Notes under the pieces: generated by a model | Database searches by the model: none | Seen by the model: only the letters and a program-made list of their open reading frames with translations | What the model was told of the DNA's origin: nothing | Virus record (IMG/VR): IMGVR_UViG_3300034157_000062 | DNA length: 64,000 nucleotides | Direction: 5' to 3' (one strand) | Source: an uncultured virus (IMG/VR IMGVR_UViG_3300034157_000062) | Lineage: Duplodnaviria; Heunggongvirae; Uroviricota; Caudoviricetes | Shown: in pieces, positions 51,166-60,360 of the stretch | How positions within the stretch are numbered: position 1 is the stretch's first letter | Layout of the letters: each line of letters begins with the position of its first letter | Translations under genes and position numbers: made by a program

Positions 51166-51825
51166 TTATATATTTAACATCTCGATCAGTTTATTATAAC
51201 TGCCTATATTTTTCAAAAATATTTCATTATTTTCATCAATAATATCGAGCATTAAGATTTCAGATAACAATATTTTTAATGAATTAATGTTATCTTGTGA
51301 TAACTGGGTCTTTGATTTGTCTATATACGCCAAGAGTATTTTTGTTATTAAAGTCCACTCATTCGTTTTCGTGTATCGGTTAAACCTTAATTCAACATCT
51401 CCACCATAAGGCACTGCACCTTGAGCATAAGATTTATATTCTAATTCACCAAAATAAGGAATTGTTAATTTTTTGGTGTTGTTATAATTGTTAAAGTTGT
51501 CGAATCCAGTTTCTGTTATTAATAAGTCACTTATCGTTTTTATTTCACCGGGTTCAAACATCACTTCATCAGCTATAATAATTGTTTCACCACTTGACAT
51601 ATATTCAAGAACAGCCACCTCATTCAGTCTGCCATTTATTCGTGTTCTTATTGGGATGGTTTTTTTATTTCTAAATTCAAGTGTTAAATTAAATGGATAA
51701 TATTTTGAAAACATATAGAAAAGAAACTTTTCTGGAAAAATATTGGTTTGGTCCATCGCCATGTTTTGAGCAATGAGCAATAAGTTAGAGTGTGCTTCGC
51801 TTTCAGCTAGAGTTTTAAAAATCAT
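51166..51825 (-). CDS. Hypothetical protein with C-terminal EMxxI tag
   Basis: Ends SYNKLIEMLNI. Confidence 0.7.
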   Translation of the reverse strand: MIFKTLAESEAHSNLLLIAQNMAMDQTNIFPEKFLFYMFSKYYPFNLTLEFRNKKTIPIRTRINGRLNEVAVLEYMSSGETIIIADEVMFEPGEIKTISDLLITETGFDNFNNYNNTKKLTIPYFGELEYKSYAQGAVPYGGDVELRFNRYTKTNEWTLITKILLAYIDKSKTQLSQDNINSLKILLSEILMLDIIDENNEIFLKNIGSYNKLIEMLNI

Positions 51826-51975
51826 AATTCATCACCTTTTTTTAAATTATCATTTAGAGATCCTTTCATTTTCAAGTTTAACACCTTATAATAGAATAAC
51901 AATAAATCATTAAATCTAATTTTGACTTTTTAGTATTATAGTGTAATATTTTATATAAACACACATAGAAAAATA

Positions 51976-52710
51976 ATGTTAAAACGCATATTACTTACTA
52001 GCTTATTTTTAATTACTACAACTTCATTTGCACAAACAGAAAATAGACACCAACGAATAACATCTCAGGCAGAGCTTGATGAAGAGATAGTCTATCTCAT
52101 GAAAAAATTTAATTACGAAAAACCTGACACCTTAATAAGATTAGTTGATTACGTGAATCGAAACTCAGAAGTAAGAGGTTATGTCATTAATAAGTTTTCT
52201 ATGAGTGCTACTAAGAATGATAAAAAGGGAAAAAATGTACGCTTTATTGTTGATTATATAAGTCAAAATATTGTTGAGTTAGAAACGCACAACATTCCTA
52301 AAAATGGAGAATGGCAAGGTCAATCTGGACATTCCCTTTTCTTTATTAACAGTAATACTAAGTCATACTCCGTAGAAGAAATGAGGCAGGCAGCACCCTA
52401 TGGCATTCCATTTGAATATGGATATCCAAACTTTACGAGTTTTAGAGTGGGTGACTTAATTCCTATTAGCAAGCCAACTGCATCTTACCCACATGACTAC
52501 GAACAAGTTCTTAATCAAATAATCTATGAGAAAAAATCAGTGAATGGGATTGTTTTCAATGATGTTGCTGAATTCAAAGAATACATTCAAGCGAACTTTA
52601 TTAATCTTCATTATGCACACGATGAAAATGCGTTTGAATTCTTACCAAATACCATTGTTTCTGTTATAGATTATGAGTTACCTCACGTATCAAAAAGAAA
52701 GCCTCATTAA
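51976..52710 (+). CDS. Secreted hypothetical protein
   Basis: Signal peptide ending SFA. Confidence 0.7.
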   Translation: MLKRILLTSLFLITTTSFAQTENRHQRITSQAELDEEIVYLMKKFNYEKPDTLIRLVDYVNRNSEVRGYVINKFSMSATKNDKKGKNVRFIVDYISQNIVELETHNIPKNGEWQGQSGHSLFFINSNTKSYSVEEMRQAAPYGIPFEYGYPNFTSFRVGDLIPISKPTASYPHDYEQVLNQIIYEKKSVNGIVFNDVAEFKEYIQANFINLHYAHDENAFEFLPNTIVSVIDYELPHVSKRKPH

Positions 52711-53135
52711 GAGGCTTTTCTTTCTTCTACATATTGATTGAGCAAGAACTCAAATTCCAATGGTGTTAACCCGAAGAAGTATTTAACTTTTTCATTGACT
52801 GAGTTAACCACATAATTACTCTTCGAAATAATTCTGACTGCACCTTGTCCATACTCTACCAAAATACCCGCATTGATGTTTGATACTTTTTCAATGTTAT
52901 ATTTGAAGACTGGGTGGTGATCAAATGGATTGCAGCCTTCTTTGTAATGATTATCCCTAATGGTTACATCAACATGTTTTCCCTTAATAATTGCATACAA
53001 CATAAAGACTTCTAAGGTGCAAACATGTTTATTCTCTTTATAGCCTTCACGGAAGGTGACAACCGCTTTTTTAATTAAGTCTCTTTTGTTCATTTCAGTT
53101 GTTTCTATAGTTTCATTTTTTTCAATAGCGTTCAT
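52707..53135 (-). CDS. Hypothetical protein, last gene of the pth2 operon
   Basis: Coupled to the HD gene stop (GGAGAATAATCATG); motif FMLYAIIKGK. Confidence 0.7.
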   Translation of the reverse strand: MNAIEKNETIETTEMNKRDLIKKAVVTFREGYKENKHVCTLEVFMLYAIIKGKHVDVTIRDNHYKEGCNPFDHHPVFKYNIEKVSNINAGILVEYGQGAVRIISKSNYVVNSVNEKVKYFFGLTPLEFEFLLNQYVEERKAS

Positions 53136-53137
53136 GA

Positions 53138-53737
53138 TTATTCTCCTAATAGTTTATCATTAAATTTTTTGCCGATTTTGTTAATCTTTTTCCACTTGAT
53201 TTTAAAGCTGGTTGATTCAATACCACCAAACATAGCAGCATTGCTGTGAATCTCACAGAAACCAGTAATCAATAGGGTTGCAGCGAACGGAAGTGCATAG
53301 AAATCTTCAAAGTCATCCATTTTAAGTAAATGAATGTCCATGTCATGCTCCATCAATTGAGCTTGAAGTTCAGTGCCACCGATTTTACGCCAGATTAGAC
53401 CAGATGCTTGTGCATGGTCAGGGAAGTGACGGTTACCATTTTCATCAATCGTTAAACAGAATGGCTTACCACAGTCGTGATAAATCTGATACGTTTTGAT
53501 GTCTTTGTCGTCTGCCAAGTTGTTCCAGATAGATTTGTTGTAAATCCAATCAGGAAGTCTCCATTCGAGAGCTAATGGTTTTCCATCAATAATGTGATCT
53601 TTCAAATCTTGAAAGTATTTATTGACTGACAATCCATGTTGAAGAACATTCATGCCTTGTGTTTGTTCACAAGCTTTCATCTCTTTAACAAGATCGTTGA
53701 AGCTAAGGTTTTCAATTTTATCAATCTACATAGTCAT
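53138..53737 (-). CDS. HD-domain protein whose SD-led start is followed by an in-frame TAG (predicted readthrough)
   Basis: YHDCGKP, HFPDHA, HDMDIH. Start reads TAGGAG-N7-ATG ACT ATG TAG ATT GAT AAA, in frame with the ORF-track CDS (TAG at 53728-53726). Confidence 0.75.
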
Positions 53738-53765
53738 GGTCATTCTCCTAATGGTTAGTTTTTTA

Positions 53766-54128
53766 TTACTTTTCAACATTTAGTGTATCTATTTGCTTCT
53801 TTATTGCGTGCTCTAATTGTACCAAATCTTCGACAGTGAAGTCAATACCTATTTTATATTTTAATGCTTTTAAATCCCACGATTCTAAGTTATTAAGTTC
53901 TAGTTGTTTTCTGGATCTTTCGACAGCACTTAACCAGTCGAGAGCAATCGAAATAGCTTGTGATTTATCAGCAGCACAGTTAGTAAAGTCCTTTTTTTCT
54001 CTTAATAATGCATACAATACATAGTCTTTTAAGAATAATACTTTAACTTTGTGTCCATCACCGTCACGATGAGGTCTTTCTGTTTTTAAAAAAGTTTTCA
54101 TGGTGTTTATCATTGCTAATCTGCTCAT
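53766..54128 (-). CDS. Hypothetical protein in the pth2 operon
   Basis: ATGA overlap with the upstream gene; motif YVLYALLREK. Confidence 0.7.
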   Translation of the reverse strand: MSRLAMINTMKTFLKTERPHRDGDGHKVKVLFLKDYVLYALLREKKDFTNCAADKSQAISIALDWLSAVERSRKQLELNNLESWDLKALKYKIGIDFTVEDLVQLEHAIKKQIDTLNVEK

Positions 54129-54892
54129 TTTGTTTCTCCTGTTAGAAAATCATTAATATCTTTATATTGGTTAAAATTGTTTTTGTTGACTTCAGTCATG
54201 TCATATTCTGGGGCTAGGAAAAAAAGTAGCCCTTCTGGTGTAAATTCTATTTCGTGACGCGGATCATAATCCATCAACACGACTTCTAAGAATCCTTCGT
54301 GGGTTAAAAAAATAATTACTTTTTCCGGTAACACCTCTAAGTTATCTATAAAATGAACAAATGAATGTAAAGCGTCAGTATTCATTTCTAATTCGTCACC
54401 ATGTTCGCCCCAACCATAGTCATAAGCAATCACTTCAACTAAATTTTTAGCTGTATCTTGTTTCAATTTATATAACATCCGAGAAACCATCTCTAATTTT
54501 GTTTTATAGCTGATAAAGCAGCTTTCTGGAGCGGTGTATTTGAAATGTTTAAACACTGACCTAGGGAGTGCAATACCATCGTCATAACCTGTCATATAGA
54601 TGTAAGTGGCTTCTGGTTCGAAGCAAACGTCCACTAATCTTTCACCTAACATCCAGTTGATGCTCATCATTCCTTCATGATTAAAGAAGAATCCAATGTC
54701 ACTCGGTATTGGTTCTTTGACAGTGCTTAGAAAATGACACATCTCTCTGCAGGAATTTTCGTCCATAGGTTCAGCATCACGACCATCCCAGTTGGCTGTA
54801 ACTTCAGCCAACTCTATTAATCGTTGAATGGATGATTCAGTTAACGTGAGATTATGTTCACGAATTATAGTCAATAGTAATTCTTTGTTCAT
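54125..54892 (-). CDS. Hypothetical protein with internal two-fold repeat (NWDG.../YGWG...)
   Basis: GGAGG-led ATG at 54892; both halves share W..G...M(D/N)..HF...P...F..HEG...F.PE...YD. Confidence 0.72.
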   Translation of the reverse strand: MNKELLLTIIREHNLTLTESSIQRLIELAEVTANWDGRDAEPMDENSCREMCHFLSTVKEPIPSDIGFFFNHEGMMSINWMLGERLVDVCFEPEATYIYMTGYDDGIALPRSVFKHFKYTAPESCFISYKTKLEMVSRMLYKLKQDTAKNLVEVIAYDYGWGEHGDELEMNTDALHSFVHFIDNLEVLPEKVIIFLTHEGFLEVVLMDYDPRHEIEFTPEGLLFFLAPEYDMTEVNKNNFNQYKDINDFLTGETK

Positions 54893-54902
54893 AAGTCCTC
54901 CC

Positions 54903-55364
54903 TTATACACACTGAAATTTCTTGGTGATTTGTTTTACTTGTTCTTTGGTGCAAGGCCCAATACCCAAAGCGGTAATGATTGGCGATCCATCAAAGTGTG
55001 GTGGTAAAACGTGACCTTGATCGACAATAATTGAACATGGCAATCCAGCAGCAATAGCTTGGTTATATGCTTTGATTAAGTGATCTTCGTTTTTGGCTTT
55101 TAACGTAACCTTAGATCCGCCTGATTGACGATTTCTATAATGTTTGACGTTATCTGGGTGTGATTCTTGTGCGTTTGTTAATGCATCTGTATAAGCATGA
55201 CCAGCTTGAGCTGCGAGCTTACCCGTTGGCATGTTTAAATCGCCGCGAATGATTGAATAGATATAGTAATGTGAGTCTTTGTCCGAAGGAACAAATTGAG
55301 TGTATTGGCTAAGAATAGCCTCTTTGGTGATGAAGTCGAATTCAGTATTATCAATCTACAACAT
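54903..55364 (-). CDS. pth2: Peptidyl-tRNA hydrolase type 2, with an in-frame TAG at codon 3 (predicted readthrough)
   Basis: YIYSIIRGDLNMPTGKLAAQAGHA, KVTLKA, IVDQG, TALGIGP. The conserved first strand lies upstream of the ORF-track ATG. Start reads AAGGAG-N8-ATG TTG TAG ATT GAT AAT (TAG at 55358-55356). Confidence 0.88.
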
Positions 55365-55397
55365 GATGTAATCTCCTTTGTTTGATTTACAGTTATA

Positions 55398-55426
55398 ATT
55401 CTACGCTGTATTTTTATCAAAGTCAA
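55398..55426 (-). promoter_or_regulatory. sigma70 promoter of the pth2 operon
   Basis: TTGACT-17-TAGAAT, ~35 nt upstream of the ATG at 55364. Confidence 0.8.
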
Positions 55427-55581
55427 CACTTTTTTTGACCTATTATTAAAATATTGAAATAAAATATTTTTACAAAAAAAATGATAACAAATGAAGAATA
55501 CCTTTAAAAATAGGTAATAAGGTATTGAAAAGGTAATTACAATCTGCTATCATTTCATTCATCTGTTTTTAACTGGGACAG

Positions 55582-56226
55582 ATGGATCTAGGAGATAAAA
55601 AATTGATCAGTATGCTCGAAGTTTTTATTATGCTTGCTATTGCAGTCGGATTTATGATTGGAGCAGGAGCTATGGTACAAAATAAACATGAATCTCAGCC
55701 AGAAGCTTCTTATAAGTGTGTGGATAGTTCATGCTATAAAAAAGAACTCGACACTAGTAAAGAGTTTGATGAAAAATCTATTGTAGCTATTAACAAAAAA
55801 CCAGTAGAAATAGTTAAACAAAAACCTGATCCTGTTCCTGTTGTTATGAAAGAAGAAATAATTGAAAATCATTATCATTTTAAAGAATTGAATGCTGGAT
55901 TGATGGCGTTTGCTGGCTTAGGTGGTGCTGCCATGATGTTCTTCATTCTTTATAAAATTATTGGATTTGGTAGAACATCACTCGTTTTATCCAAAGCCAA
56001 AAAGAAAAGCAATCAACTTTTGGCTGAATTTGATAACGTGGTTGATGATGTTAAACGTTCTATTGAGTATAATAAGAAAATCGTTGAACAAGTGGCTTTT
56101 AATAACTTATTACTTCAAATTAATAAAAACAATCCATCAGTTAGCCCTCTTATTGTCAGTAACCAGATGATGAAAGATAAACTCATTTTTATTGAAAGGA
56201 AAATATTGAATGATTTCAAGAACTAA
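55582..56226 (+). CDS. Family E two-TM protein with pilin-like N-terminus
   Basis: ISMLEVFIMLAI; ENHYHFKELNAG followed by a TM segment and a helical C-terminal domain. Confidence 0.72.
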   Translation: MDLGDKKLISMLEVFIMLAIAVGFMIGAGAMVQNKHESQPEASYKCVDSSCYKKELDTSKEFDEKSIVAINKKPVEIVKQKPDPVPVVMKEEIIENHYHFKELNAGLMAFAGLGGAAMMFFILYKIIGFGRTSLVLSKAKKKSNQLLAEFDNVVDDVKRSIEYNKKIVEQVAFNNLLLQINKNNPSVSPLIVSNQMMKDKLIFIERKILNDFKN

Positions 56227-56899
56227 ACAAGCAGGTTTTTCATTACTCGATATGATGGTATTTCTGTCGGTTTTTGCTATTGTATTTTCGGTTGCTCTTG
56301 GAGTTCTTAGTAAATCACCTGAAACTGATGTGAAACCGCAAGAGGCTGTAGCAGTTAAACATGAACTATTGCAACCAGTGGTGACTGAGTTGAAGGATTA
56401 TAAGGGTATGTCCAGTAATGCGACTGGATCTTTAAAACTCACACCCGTGACTATACCAGAAATGAGAAAAGACCCTATTCAGCCCGTAGCTTCTGCACCT
56501 GTTGTAGTTCAAGCTCCACAACCGATTATTGAAAAAAATGAAAACCACTATCATTTTGAAGACTTAAATTCAGGTATTACTTATTTAGCCAGTATTTTGC
56601 TCGTTATTTTTGTATTGTTCTGTTCATTTAAAGGTATCGGCAAAGTCGCTAAAAACGTATCAGTCAAAAAAGCAATCAAAAAAAGTCAACATATTTTGAC
56701 GGCTTTTGAAACGGATATTAATAACTCCACGACATATCTTGATTACAGTAAAATAATTACGGATCAGTTACGCTTTAACAATGCAGTCATTGATCAAAAT
56801 AAAAATAGCTACCATGTTCCAGAATTAAGTGTCGTGAATGATAAATTACAAGCTAGCCTTACTTTTACAGAACGTAGCCTTGTGCATAATTTAAGTTAA
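56210..56899 (+). CDS. Family E two-TM protein with class III (prepilin-like) signal
   Basis: KQAG/FSLLDMMVFL; ENHYHFEDLNSG followed by a TM segment. Confidence 0.72.
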   Translation: MISRTKQAGFSLLDMMVFLSVFAIVFSVALGVLSKSPETDVKPQEAVAVKHELLQPVVTELKDYKGMSSNATGSLKLTPVTIPEMRKDPIQPVASAPVVVQAPQPIIEKNENHYHFEDLNSGITYLASILLVIFVLFCSFKGIGKVAKNVSVKKAIKKSQHILTAFETDINNSTTYLDYSKIITDQLRFNNAVIDQNKNSYHVPELSVVNDKLQASLTFTERSLVHNLS

Positions 56900-56924
56900 G
56901 AACAATGAAAATAATAGGTGTACA

Positions 56925-58019
56925 ATGAATATGAGTGAATTTGATAAATATATTGAAGAAAATTACAAGGTAGGCGATATTGGCCCACAAGGTGATAGTG
57001 GGCTTAAAACGAGTCATGACACTCACGATTTTGATTATGAATTTGAATCCTCAGATAGTCCATCAGATGATGCAGTTTCATTTCATTATGAAGATGATGT
57101 AACTTCTGATGATTTTGAATATCTTACAGACTATGAAATGCATAATAATCGTAAACAATATGACAAACAGTATGAACGTCTATTCGCTACTTACAAAAAG
57201 ACAGCTAAGAAGTCAAATATTAAATCAAAATCAACATTTAGTGACGACCAAATTGCTGGATTTGATTATGTAAAAAGTTATTATATAGCCAATATGGAAG
57301 CTAAACAGCAAGCAAAAGCAGAAAAAGTTAAACTCGCTACATTTATGGGGTTTGCTTTCTTTGCTGGATTTCTTATTGTCGTATATTCAACTTTTTATAA
57401 TATGGGTATTGATTCAGTAAATAATTCATCTGTTTATGTCATTCAAACTGAGGCAATAAAAGCTAGTGAAATACAATTGAGTGAAATGCAATTAAAAAAG
57501 GATGACTTTTCAGAATTGAGAAGACGCATTCAAGAAAAAAAGCAGGTAGATATAGCTAGTGAAATCTCAAATGTAAAAAAACAAACACAGCAAGAAATTA
57601 AACCAGTAATAATTCAAGCAGAACAACCTGTTATTAAACCTGTTCCATCCGTGGTGAATAACTATAATTTTGATAAATTGAACAGTGGTTTAGCGACTTT
57701 GGGTTATTCTTTATTGGCTTGTTTTGCGGCTTTTGTTTCTTTCAAAGGTTTGTCATCTTTTAGTAAATCATTCAAACTGAAAAGAGAAATCAAAAAAAGC
57801 AAACAGCTTATTGATAGTTTTAAGCTAGCTATCAGTAATCAAGATGACCAACTGTCTATCAGTCAGCATATTAATGATCAAATTGTTATTAATAATATTT
57901 TGATACAGAGATTACAAAACAATAATAATGTGGTTGAATTGATGGCTGTGAATGAGAAAATGAAAGATACTAGTCAATTTATCAATAACAATTTAATTAG
58001 CAATTTTAAGGGGGTTTAA
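56925..58019 (+). CDS. Family E two-TM protein with acidic N-terminal extension
   Basis: NNYNFDKLNSG followed by a TM segment; KKSKQL...Q..INN. Confidence 0.72.
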   Translation: MNMSEFDKYIEENYKVGDIGPQGDSGLKTSHDTHDFDYEFESSDSPSDDAVSFHYEDDVTSDDFEYLTDYEMHNNRKQYDKQYERLFATYKKTAKKSNIKSKSTFSDDQIAGFDYVKSYYIANMEAKQQAKAEKVKLATFMGFAFFAGFLIVVYSTFYNMGIDSVNNSSVYVIQTEAIKASEIQLSEMQLKKDDFSELRRRIQEKKQVDIASEISNVKKQTQQEIKPVIIQAEQPVIKPVPSVVNNYNFDKLNSGLATLGYSLLACFAAFVSFKGLSSFSKSFKLKREIKKSKQLIDSFKLAISNQDDQLSISQHINDQIVINNILIQRLQNNNNVVELMAVNEKMKDTSQFINNNLISNFKGV

Positions 58020-58020
58020 T

Positions 58021-58614
58021 ATGATTATTTTTATTGTAATAGTCATGTCATTGATGATGGTTCTAGCCGTTGCTCTAGCACCCCATGCAGTAGACGAAAA
58101 TCGTAAACAAGTTGATCAACCTAATTCACCAATTGAAATGCATATTGAAAGACAAACAGTACAAAATGTAACCACATTACCTAAAAAAGTGATTGCTGAG
58201 CCGGTGGTGAAGGCTGAACCTGTTAAAGTCGTTGTTAAAGAAGTGACACCACAAATTAACAATTATAATTTTGAGAGTTTAAGCAAGGTTTTAATGTATG
58301 TTTTAGCAATGGTTGGTTCATTCTTTTCTTTGAAATGGTTAATTAAACTTTTTAAATATTATAAAATGAATCGTAAGTTTAAAATAAATGCAAAGAAAAC
58401 GAATAAATTAGTAGATAGTTTGAGAAAAACGATTGATAATCAAAAAGAATTCTTAGAAATAGCTGATATGATTGAACATCAATTAAATATCAATGATATT
58501 TTATTGAGAAGTGAAGAATCAAAAACATATGGACTCGACCTAGAATTAGCAGATGGATATCTTGATAAAGAATATAAGTTCATTAATAGTAAGTTAATTA
58601 ATATTTTGAATTAA
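58021..58614 (+). CDS. Family E two-TM protein
   Basis: NNYNFESLSK followed by a TM segment; KKTNKL...QLNIN. Confidence 0.72.
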   Translation: MIIFIVIVMSLMMVLAVALAPHAVDENRKQVDQPNSPIEMHIERQTVQNVTTLPKKVIAEPVVKAEPVKVVVKEVTPQINNYNFESLSKVLMYVLAMVGSFFSLKWLIKLFKYYKMNRKFKINAKKTNKLVDSLRKTIDNQKEFLEIADMIEHQLNINDILLRSEESKTYGLDLELADGYLDKEYKFINSKLINILN

Positions 58615-58634
58615 AAAAAAGCCCTTATCAGGGC

Positions 58635-59252
58635 TTATTTTTTTCCTTTTGCTACATAGATATATTTACATAAGTTAGGATGTGTTTCACAGAATTCTAA
58701 TGACCTAAGCTTACCTTTTCTATCAATCAAGCTCCATTTGTAGTTAAGTAATGATGGCTCACCTTCATGAAAGTCAATAAAAAACCTATACTCAGAAACG
58801 GTTGTTAGCGTATTAGAATATTGATCATTATTAGTACGTTGAGGAATAAACACACTGACGTGCTTACCCAGTGGATCTTGACTTATTCTGGTTATCTCTT
58901 GGCAATCTATAAATGATGTATTCTTATCTTCTTCTTTTAACGTTAATTGAGTTTTTTGATTACAGAGTTGACTCTCCGTGACCAAATAGTTCCATGCATA
59001 CTCTGTTAAGGGAATATCCACTTTTTGTTCTGGGTGGCTGTAGCCATAGGCCGTCTTCAATTCTAATGATTGTAGATAGCCTTTTAATATGGTTTGATTA
59101 ATACTTTGTTTGTAGTTAATAACATCTCGTGTAATTAATATAGAAGCTAATATTAATATGAGTGCAAGCAGTATGGCTAACTTTACAATTGTGGCTGCAC
59201 TTATATTTTCTAATAAACTTTTTTTCTTAATCTTGTAATGCTCGTAAATCAT
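58635..59252 (-). CDS. Membrane-anchored hypothetical protein
   Basis: N-terminal TM segment; C-terminal FCETHPNLC. Confidence 0.68.
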   Translation of the reverse strand: MIYEHYKIKKKSLLENISAATIVKLAILLALILILASILITRDVINYKQSINQTILKGYLQSLELKTAYGYSHPEQKVDIPLTEYAWNYLVTESQLCNQKTQLTLKEEDKNTSFIDCQEITRISQDPLGKHVSVFIPQRTNNDQYSNTLTTVSEYRFFIDFHEGEPSLLNYKWSLIDRKGKLRSLEFCETHPNLCKYIYVAKGKK

Positions 59253-59433
59253 AAAAAAAATCTTTGTTTGATAGTATTATTATACTATAAAAAAACCAAA
59301 ACAAAATATTAAAATACTATTTAAATAATGATATTTAAGACTTTTCATTGAACTTTTAAAAATACAAAATATAAGTACTTGTTTAAATTATAGCAAGCTT
59401 ACAAAGCAATAATCCCTCTACTGAGGGATTATC

Positions 59434-60192
59434 TTAAACCATGTACATTTTCAACACATCAAACATACTTATATCTTTTATAACTTCTTTTATATCAAAA
59501 ATTTCTTTTAATTTTTTATATTGCGGTGCATCTAGATACATATACATGATCGTTTCTTCCATTGTCTCACACCACTCTGGAATTTCTCTTCTTTTCATAT
59601 TCTTATAAAAAAATGAAATCGTAGAGAACATGATGTTCGTATGTTTCTCATAATATACATTAAATTTATACATGGAATTACGACCAATACCATATAAATC
59701 ACCTTCATCATCATTGAAAGGATTCATAACCGCTATATCTATACTTCTGATTTTTGTTAAATCGAAATCTTTATAACTGACCATTGCATATAATTCTAAA
59801 TTATATTTATTACCTTCATCAAAAAACTCTGCAAAAAATTCTGAATTATAACCTTCTATCAAATCTTTTGCTTTAACTTTAAGATAAACAGTCAATGCGT
59901 CGATTTCTGCAGATTGTTTCGCTTTTACGTCATCTAAGAAATCTTTTGTGAAAACAGTTTTCAAACTTGAAATGTTCTCGTAAAACAAATGACTTCTTTT
60001 TTCCATATACTCATACGACCATTCATATTGCTCATCACTTAAATAGTCGTCATCATCATAACAACAACAAAATGAATCACAACATGAATCGTCACCCCAT
60101 ATTTCAAGGGCGATCTTATTTGTAAATTTTTTATTAAATTCTTTGCATTTGGAATTACTGAGGTGTCTTACTGCGTTGCTATATGTGACCAT
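59434..60192 (-). CDS. Hypothetical protein with Cys/Asp cluster and C-terminal MxxV tag
   Basis: SCCDSFCCCYDDDDY; ends FDVLKMYMV; AGGAGA SD. Confidence 0.75.
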   Translation of the reverse strand: MVTYSNAVRHLSNSKCKEFNKKFTNKIALEIWGDDSCCDSFCCCYDDDDYLSDEQYEWSYEYMEKRSHLFYENISSLKTVFTKDFLDDVKAKQSAEIDALTVYLKVKAKDLIEGYNSEFFAEFFDEGNKYNLELYAMVSYKDFDLTKIRSIDIAVMNPFNDDEGDLYGIGRNSMYKFNVYYEKHTNIMFSTISFFYKNMKRREIPEWCETMEETIMYMYLDAPQYKKLKEIFDIKEVIKDISMFDVLKMYMV

Positions 60193-60340
60193 GTGAAATC
60201 TCCTAATTATTAAGCAATAAACGACTTTTTTATGTCATAAGATAACTTCCATTGAAATGGATTTATAGTTATGCTATATGTTTAGTTATGCATTCGTCAT
60301 TTATTAGCGTGATATAATTAGTTACATGAGATTTCTCCAT
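60193..60340 (-). promoter_or_regulatory. Long hairpin 5' leader with bulged SD-led AUG-UAA start-stop, sequestering the downstream SD
   Basis: GAAAUCUC-[AUGUAA]-CUAAUUAU (60335-60314) pairs with AUAAUUAG-GAGAUUUC (60210-60195); further inner stems. Confidence 0.72.
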
Positions 60341-60360
60341 TAATGTGTGAATATTCTTCT

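Noticed and set aside
55235..55429. ORF-track 64-aa minus-strand ORF as a gene or frameshift partner of pth2
   Set aside because: It starts inside the promoter with no SD. The Pth2 N-terminal motif is in the same frame as pth2, so no frameshift is needed.
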